Positions 58,053 to 64,000 of a DNA stretch of 64,000 nucleotides are shown piece after piece. Made by a program: the position numbers and the translations under genes. Under the pieces are notes generated by a model. That model was not told the origin of the DNA. It made no database searches and saw only the letters and a program-made list of their open reading frames with translations. This stretch comes from a virus, in the IMG/VR virus record IMGVR_UViG_3300034378_000186, positions 1-64,000 of that record; one strand, 5' to 3'. The first letter of the stretch is position 1. Each line of letters opens with the position of its first letter.

Positions 58053-59296
58053 ATAAACTACCCATCGGCTAAAGACCGAATGGGTTTTAGACAATAACTA
58101 AGAATGCAAAGAGCAATACATAATCTGTCTTTCAGGCGTGTTTATAGCCGCCCCAAGCAAAGAGATAACCTTAGAAGCATTAAAATCTGCATCAATGGTA
58201 TCTACTTCACAATTTGTGTTGGTGCATTTAAACACCTTGTTGGTTCGTTTTCCAATATGTTTACAAGAGCTGCACGTCTGCGAAGTATAGGCAGGTGGTA
58301 CAACGATGCATTTCACACCATTAAGCAAAGCTTTGTATTCAATATACTGTCTAAGCATAGAGAAATTCCATTTACCAAGTTTAGTCCGAAACTTCTTGTT
58401 TCTTTTTTTACTTGTAAATCGGATTCCAGTAAGGTCTTCAATAGCGATTCCCTTGCCTTGCTCCTTAGCAGATTGAACAATAGATTTTGCGATAGTGTGA
58501 TTAACAATTTGGGCGTGCGTTTTCTCCCTTCCCGAAAGCCTTTTCAAAAGTCGTTTAGAACTTCTTGTGCATTTGGACTGGATAGAACTCCGAACCTTTT
58601 GACGTTTTTCCTTATACCTATTAAGGGAGTTGTTGGTGTGTTTCTCACCATCACTTGTTTCAACAATAGATGTGATGCCGAAATCCACTCCCGTAAATTC
58701 GGAAACATCTTTAATATCTACATCTGGAATATCAACACATTGAAACAAGAAAAATTTCCCTTTCCTGTAGATAAGGTCGGCCTCCCCTTTTATGTATGGA
58801 AGATACTTTTTGTTGAAACATTTAAAAGGTATTTTTTGTCTGCCACCAATACACCATATAGAAACAATGTCTTTTTTGTAGGTAAGAATCCTACTGTCAT
58901 AAGTAATTGCTCCAAAAGGCTTGAAAACACGTTTTTTCTTCCTATCAAGTTTATAAGCATCGTTCACTTTTGCGATGGCACGAACAATTACTTGTGCAGA
59001 AAGATTAGAGTTTTCCTTGATTTGATGGTAAACAAGTTTATGTATTTTGAACTGATTAAAAACTTTGTTTTCCCAAGCTATATTAGAAATAGCGTTGCAA
59101 CTTTTATTCACCGATTTAATGGTGTTAAGGAGCATCTGTTTATGTTCTTCCGTGGGTTCAAGTTTTATTTTAAGAGTCAAAACCATAAGGCAAATATACA
59201 AAATATTTCTATATTTGAAAATTATTATTTAACCAAAGGGAGAGCCACTTTCCTCCCATCGACACTTTGTGACCAATGGGTTTCCGTGGCAGTTTT
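58053..59296 (-). mobile_element. IS200/IS605 tnpB-only element
   Basis: minus strand TTCAT|AAAACTGCCACGGAAACCCAT hairpin; RE CCCATTCGGTCTTTAGCCGATGGGTAGTTTAT. Confidence 0.88.
58098..59186 (-). CDS. tnpB: intact TnpB RNA-guided endonuclease
   Basis: GVDFG, IAIEDL, YTSQTCSSC, DADFNAS; TATATTTG 4 nt before ATG. Confidence 0.92.
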   Translation of the reverse strand: MVLTLKIKLEPTEEHKQMLLNTIKSVNKSCNAISNIAWENKVFNQFKIHKLVYHQIKENSNLSAQVIVRAIAKVNDAYKLDRKKKRVFKPFGAITYDSRILTYKKDIVSIWCIGGRQKIPFKCFNKKYLPYIKGEADLIYRKGKFFLFQCVDIPDVDIKDVSEFTGVDFGITSIVETSDGEKHTNNSLNRYKEKRQKVRSSIQSKCTRSSKRLLKRLSGREKTHAQIVNHTIAKSIVQSAKEQGKGIAIEDLTGIRFTSKKRNKKFRTKLGKWNFSMLRQYIEYKALLNGVKCIVVPPAYTSQTCSSCKHIGKRTNKVFKCTNTNCEVDTIDADFNASKVISLLGAAINTPERQIMYCSLHS

Positions 59297-59914
59297 ATGA
59301 AATTTGAGGCTAATTTTTTAACATTTGACCTGGAAACAGGGGGTTTAAAATCTGAAGAAAACCCTGTTTTGGAAGTTGCATTTTTTGCAATGGATAAAGA
59401 TCTTAATGAGATCGATAGTTATAATAGTTTGATAAAACCTTATGGTAAACTAAAAATCACAGATGGTGCTTTAAAGGCCAATGGATTAAATTTAGAAACA
59501 TTGGAAGAGAAAGGGAAAGAATGTAAAGAAGTAGCAGAAGATTTAGTTCAATTTTTTATAAAACATAAAAAAAGGAAAACATTACCTATTTTATGTGGGC
59601 ATAACATTGAACATTTTGATATTCCTTTTTTGGACCAATTTATGAATTTTTGTGGTAAAGATATTTCAAAGTTGGTTAATAATGATTTTATAATTGACAC
59701 ATTATGGTGGAGTAGAATAAGATGGGTTGAATCCATTAATTATAAATTGGTAACCTGTTGTGATAATGCAGGGATAGAATTAATAAATGCTCATAGGGCT
59801 GTTGCTGATACTAAAGCAAATCAAGAATTAGTTAGGTATTTTCTGAATAGTTTAAGATCTGGTCAATCATCAACAGTAATAGAAAAAAGATTTAGGGAAG
59901 AATTTGAATTTTAA
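59297..59914 (+). CDS. DEDDh 3'-5' exonuclease (DnaQ-like)
   Basis: FDLETGG, GHNIEHFD, IDT, AHRAVADT. Confidence 0.92.
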   Translation: MKFEANFLTFDLETGGLKSEENPVLEVAFFAMDKDLNEIDSYNSLIKPYGKLKITDGALKANGLNLETLEEKGKECKEVAEDLVQFFIKHKKRKTLPILCGHNIEHFDIPFLDQFMNFCGKDISKLVNNDFIIDTLWWSRIRWVESINYKLVTCCDNAGIELINAHRAVADTKANQELVRYFLNSLRSGQSSTVIEKRFREEFEF

Positions 59915-59917
59915 TAT

Positions 59918-59968
59918 ATAAACTACCCATCGGCTAAAGACCGAATGGGTTTCCTTGCCGAAAATACT
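59918..59968 (-). mobile_element. 51-bp minimal element sharing the RE hairpin of 58053
   Basis: ATAAACTACCCATCGGCTAAAGACCGAATGGGTTT identical to 58053; abuts ATGAA. Confidence 0.88.
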
Positions 59969-61636
59969 ATGAATCAGGACGAATCAACTATAGCATTAAC
60001 AAGAAAAGAATTGAGTAATATCCTGGAATATACTTATAATTTAATTGATTTTTTACCTGATGAAGCTTTAAGTGAATTATTAGAAGGGGATGATAAGAAT
60101 GTTGATAATTTGGTAGATGATATAATGAAAGCAATTCATGAGGTATTCCATTATAATAATCATACTATCAGGAATTTTGGAGGGTTGGAACATTTTGAAA
60201 AAAGTTTTGATGATGGATTAAAAATACTTTCTTATAATTATTTTAAAACTACAATGCTACCTAATTTTGAGCAGGGATGGAGAAATCTTGAATGGGGGAA
60301 TTTAATTCAATTATTCCCTTGGGCTGCATTTTTAGCTGCTCGTGGTCATGGTAAATCATTTGAGTTTTGTTTTGCAGCTCCATTATGGAGAATGTGGAGA
60401 TATAGAAGGCCTGGATTTTTACAGAAGGATACGATTGATAATAAGAATTCAAAAGAAACTGTAATAATTACAAATGAATCAAAACTGGCAAGAAAACACA
60501 TGGAAAAAGTTAATGAGGAAATCAGAATGAATGATTTGCTTTCCAGCGTTATGATACCAGATAAAATGACAGATCTTGGAAAAGATAAGATAATAAGTAG
60601 ATCTGGATCATCTTTAGAATTCAGAACGTATCAGGGATTTATAAGGGGTCTTCATGTTGGTTGTGTATTTGTGGATGACTTTTTAGATGAAAGCTGTTTA
60701 TATTCTGAAGATCAGAGATTAAAATTTCATGAGATATTTTATGGGGCAATAAAATCAATTGTGGAACCATACGGATATTTGATTGTTTCTGGAACACCAT
60801 TTCATGAAGAAGATTTATATGCAAAACTGAAAACAGATCCAATATTTAAGGTTTTTGAATATCCTGCTATTATGCCTGATGGAACTTTATTGGCTCCGGA
60901 TAGATTCAATTACAAATTATTAATGGATCTGAAAAAATCTTTAGGTTCAATTGTATTTACAAGGGAATATTTGGTTAAGCCTGTTAGTGATAGTTCTTCA
61001 TTGTTTCCATGGGAATTTCTTAATAAATCTTTTATTGGAATGGAAAATATCTCCCTGGTAGATAATATCGAATCTTTTCCTATTAAAATGAAAAGGGTGG
61101 TGATGGGGTGTGACTTTGCCATTTCTGGTAAAATAGGGGCTGATTACTCAGTTTTTTCAGTGTGGGGTATAGATAATGATAATAATTACTATTTATTGCA
61201 CGTATGGAGAAAACAGGGGGCTTCACATAGGGAACAGGTTGATGTTATAGTAAGATTAAATCAAATGTTTAAATGCAATAAGATTAAAGCTGAAAATAAT
61301 GGATTTCAAAGGATTATTGCAGAACTGGTAAAAGAGAGAGGGGTTAGAAATATTGAACCTTTTGAAACTACAGCAAAAGTAAAGAAAAATTCATACGAGG
61401 GATTACCTTCTTTGTCAGCCATGTTTGAAAGAGGAGAAATAAAGATACCATATAAAGACGGAAAAACCAGGGAGACAGCTTTATGGTTATGTGGGGAATT
61501 TAATTCGATAACGTTTTTAGAAGATACAGGTAAATTAGAAAGTGCAGGAGGGACAGATGATGGAGCAATGTCTACCTTTTTTGCAATAACAGAACTAAGG
61601 GAGAAAAAGTCCGGTTTTCGGGTTCATCATATTTAA
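59969..61636 (+). CDS. terL: terminase large subunit
   Basis: AARGHGKS, VFVDD, SGTPFH, GCDFA, DDGAM. Confidence 0.92.
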   Translation: MNQDESTIALTRKELSNILEYTYNLIDFLPDEALSELLEGDDKNVDNLVDDIMKAIHEVFHYNNHTIRNFGGLEHFEKSFDDGLKILSYNYFKTTMLPNFEQGWRNLEWGNLIQLFPWAAFLAARGHGKSFEFCFAAPLWRMWRYRRPGFLQKDTIDNKNSKETVIITNESKLARKHMEKVNEEIRMNDLLSSVMIPDKMTDLGKDKIISRSGSSLEFRTYQGFIRGLHVGCVFVDDFLDESCLYSEDQRLKFHEIFYGAIKSIVEPYGYLIVSGTPFHEEDLYAKLKTDPIFKVFEYPAIMPDGTLLAPDRFNYKLLMDLKKSLGSIVFTREYLVKPVSDSSSLFPWEFLNKSFIGMENISLVDNIESFPIKMKRVVMGCDFAISGKIGADYSVFSVWGIDNDNNYYLLHVWRKQGASHREQVDVIVRLNQMFKCNKIKAENNGFQRIIAELVKERGVRNIEPFETTAKVKKNSYEGLPSLSAMFERGEIKIPYKDGKTRETALWLCGEFNSITFLEDTGKLESAGGTDDGAMSTFFAITELREKKSGFRVHHI

Positions 61637-61683
61637 TTTTTTGGTATATTTAATTGGTTACAGGTAATAATAATATTTGAAAA

Positions 61684-63093
61684 ATGGGAGAATTTTTGAC
61701 TTCAGATTTCCTTTCGGAATTTTTAAAATTATGTTTTTTAAAGAGTTCAGTAATTGAAATAGCAAAAAGGTTTTTAAAATATCAATATATCCCTTCTGAA
61801 TTGGAAGAGGTAAAATTGATATATAAATCCATAACCACTTATTATGACGTGAATAATAAGTTACCTTCCTATGGTTATGTAAGTCAACAGTATTCAAATA
61901 ATATAAAAGTACAGGAATATCTTCAAAAAATAAAGGCCACAAAAACTCCAAATATAGATCAGGTATTATTGCAATTGGAAGATTATATTAAAAAGGTAAG
62001 ATTTCAGTTATTATATGAGGAAGTAAAAGAATTATACAATAAAGATAAACAGGATGATGCAATTGAATTAAGTGCTAAAGAAAGTGAGGAGATTGTTAGA
62101 TTTAATCTGAAGATGGAGAGTGGTAGGTTTATGAAAGTTTTTGAGGATTTTGAAGAAACTTTGAAGGATAAACAGATGAAAAGTCAGAGTGGAGATTTTG
62201 ATCATGATAAAGTCCCTACTGGAATAACTTTATTAGATGAAGAAATTCATGGAGGTATTGATGTAACTGACACCATGTGTTTTTTAGGTAGAAGTGGGGA
62301 AGGGAAATCTACTTTATTAAAATATATAGGGGTTTATGCTTGTAGATTGGGGTATGATGTTTTACATATTCAAGCTGAGGGAAGCAAAGATGAGGCTTTT
62401 GATAAATATACTCAGGCTTGGTCTGCTTTAAATTATACCACTATTAAATATGGTAATTTGAATTCTGAAATGCTTAATAGGGTTAATAAGGTTGTTCAGG
62501 GGATGAAAGCCAGGGAAAAAGATATATATATTTATGCTTTTGAGATGTTTGATGAGGCAACCTGTGTTGATGTAAGGAATCTTATTTTGGAATATGAAAA
62601 GATAAAAGGAAAATTTCCAGATCTTATAATTCTTGATTCTTTAGATTTGATTCATCCTGGTGATGGATTAAAATATGGGGTTGATACTAATTCAATAAAA
62701 TATAAAAAAGAAAATACCAGTAAAAAGATTAAGAATATGGCTACTGAATTTAGGACCAGATTTGTAACTGCAGATCAGGCTGATAATGTTCCAAAAGATC
62801 AATGGAATGATCCTGAATTTATAATGACCAGAAATAATATTAGTGGGGCGAAAAATTTGGCAAATGCCTTTAGTTATTTTATTACAATAAATAGAACTGA
62901 ATCTGAGGCAGAATCAGAAGTATTAAGATTGTATTTTGATAAATTGAGAAATTATTTTCCTCAAAATAGAATTTTAAGGGTTGCAACTAATTTTGCCCAT
63001 GGCAGGTTTTATGATCCTCAGGAAACAAAGAAAATGAATATGGGTAGAGTTTCACCTAATGGTCCAAGGGTAAAAAGTTTAAGAGATGATTAA
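61684..63093 (+). CDS. DnaB-like replicative helicase
   Basis: PTGITLLD..GG, GRSGEGKS, LIILDSLD, TADQ. Confidence 0.88.
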   Translation: MGEFLTSDFLSEFLKLCFLKSSVIEIAKRFLKYQYIPSELEEVKLIYKSITTYYDVNNKLPSYGYVSQQYSNNIKVQEYLQKIKATKTPNIDQVLLQLEDYIKKVRFQLLYEEVKELYNKDKQDDAIELSAKESEEIVRFNLKMESGRFMKVFEDFEETLKDKQMKSQSGDFDHDKVPTGITLLDEEIHGGIDVTDTMCFLGRSGEGKSTLLKYIGVYACRLGYDVLHIQAEGSKDEAFDKYTQAWSALNYTTIKYGNLNSEMLNRVNKVVQGMKAREKDIYIYAFEMFDEATCVDVRNLILEYEKIKGKFPDLIILDSLDLIHPGDGLKYGVDTNSIKYKKENTSKKIKNMATEFRTRFVTADQADNVPKDQWNDPEFIMTRNNISGAKNLANAFSYFITINRTESEAESEVLRLYFDKLRNYFPQNRILRVATNFAHGRFYDPQETKKMNMGRVSPNGPRVKSLRDD

Positions 63094-64000
63094 TCCAGAT
63101 AAAATAAAAGAAGAATTAAATTTGAAACCTTTTGGAGCAAAAGGATGGTGGGGTAATAAGAATTTAAAATGTCTTAAATGTGGAAGAGGTGATAAACTTG
63201 GAATTAAGTTTACAGATAAAGGAGGGGTAGTTCATTGTTTTTATGAAATAGGAGAAGGGGTTTCTATTTACAAATATTTGAGGGAAATTGGAAGGGATGA
63301 TTTAATATTAACTGAACCTAAAATAAGAAAGGCTGAATTTAAAATTGAAGATCTAAAAAAAGAAAAAGAATTAGATCTGGAATTACCAGAGAAAAAATTA
63401 CCAAGGGGATTTAAAAGGATTTATTTTGATGGATATTTAGATGATAGGGGATTTGAACCTCATCAATATAATCAGTTTAATATTGGGATTAGTACAGATT
63501 ATTTGTTAAAAGGATATTTAGTGTTTTTATTAAAACAGGAAGATAAAGTTGTAGGATGGGTTGCCAGAAGTAAAATGGAAAAGGAATGGCATGAGGAAAA
63601 TTTAAAAAAATTTAAAGAGGGGGAAGAAGGTTTAGTATTAAGATATAGAAATAGTAAGAATACAGATTTTAATAAAATATTAGGAGGGTTTGATGAAATA
63701 ACGGAAAACACAGAAGAAATTTGGATCGTAGAAGGAATATTTGATAAATCAAATTTGGATAATATTTATGGGTTGAATTCCCAGGAAAAAATAAAGTGTT
63801 GTTTTACATTTGGAAATAGGGTTACAGATCATCACCTGAGATTATTAAAGAAAAAAACCAATGTTAAGAAAATTATAATGTTGTATGATTTTGGAACCAC
63901 AAAACAAACAAAGAAACATAGCCTTCAGTTATCAAAGAATTTTGAGGTGATGATTGGTGAGTTTAAAGATGAAAATGTTGATGCAGGGAATGCTGATCGT
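63086..64000 (+). CDS. DNA primase (runs off window end)
   Basis: CLKC..HCF zinc finger; YLDDRG; TOPRIM IVEGIFD, MLYD. Confidence 0.85.
   Translation, partial: MINPDKIKEELNLKPFGAKGWWGNKNLKCLKCGRGDKLGIKFTDKGGVVHCFYEIGEGVSIYKYLREIGRDDLILTEPKIRKAEFKIEDLKKEKELDLELPEKKLPRGFKRIYFDGYLDDRGFEPHQYNQFNIGISTDYLLKGYLVFLLKQEDKVVGWVARSKMEKEWHEENLKKFKEGEEGLVLRYRNSKNTDFNKILGGFDEITENTEEIWIVEGIFDKSNLDNIYGLNSQEKIKCCFTFGNRVTDHHLRLLKKKTNVKKIIMLYDFGTTKQTKKHSLQLSKNFEVMIGEFKDENVDAGNADR

Noticed and set aside
58104-59300. 398-aa + strand ORF
   Set aside because: Antisense shadow of intact tnpB
59276-59968. Listed upstream starts for exonuclease (59276) and terminase (59945)
   Set aside because: These ATGs lie within IS hairpins; native starts are 59297 and 59969
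216-63711. Numerous short minus-strand ORFs in the track
   Set aside because: They overlap well-supported + strand genes and lack motifs
1-64000. CRISPR array, tRNA or rRNA genes
   Set aside because: No regularly spaced repeats or cloverleaf seen by eye; tRNAscan-SE not run

Overview
This window is part of a large, AT-rich lytic myovirus genome. Almost all genes are on the + strand. The virion gene order resembles SPO1/Twort-type phages: portal, MuF/gp7, prohead protease, scaffold, major capsid, neck, sheath, tube, chaperones, tape measure, baseplate. These are followed by an exonuclease, terminase large subunit, DnaB-like helicase and primase. TAnnTTTG promoters, A-rich leaders without Shine-Dalgarno sequences and Ala/Gly-Gln signal peptides point to a Bacteroidota host (inference). 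The most striking content is a set of IS200/IS605 (tnpB-only) elements. It includes one intact TnpB and two tnpB genes broken at conserved positions by three unrelated, self-promoted endonuclease cassettes (PD-(D/E)XK, HNH, GIY-YIG). The HNH gene ends inside a rebuilt omegaRNA 5' hairpin. There is also a protein-free element made of a promoter plus omegaRNA, a deletion derivative, and three ~50-bp minimal elements, most sitting at or near start/stop codons. A second system is a set of putative head-packaged proteins sharing a short helical module followed by K-A/K-G sites, with NUDIX, AAA and ADP-ribosyltransferase-like payloads. Also notable: an ATPase-deleted ComM-like protein, signal-peptide-bearing fibre proteins including a high-GC cassette, an OmpA domain in the baseplate hub, and a fixed-spacing palindromic operator. 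All family calls come from motif recognition by eye; no searches were run.
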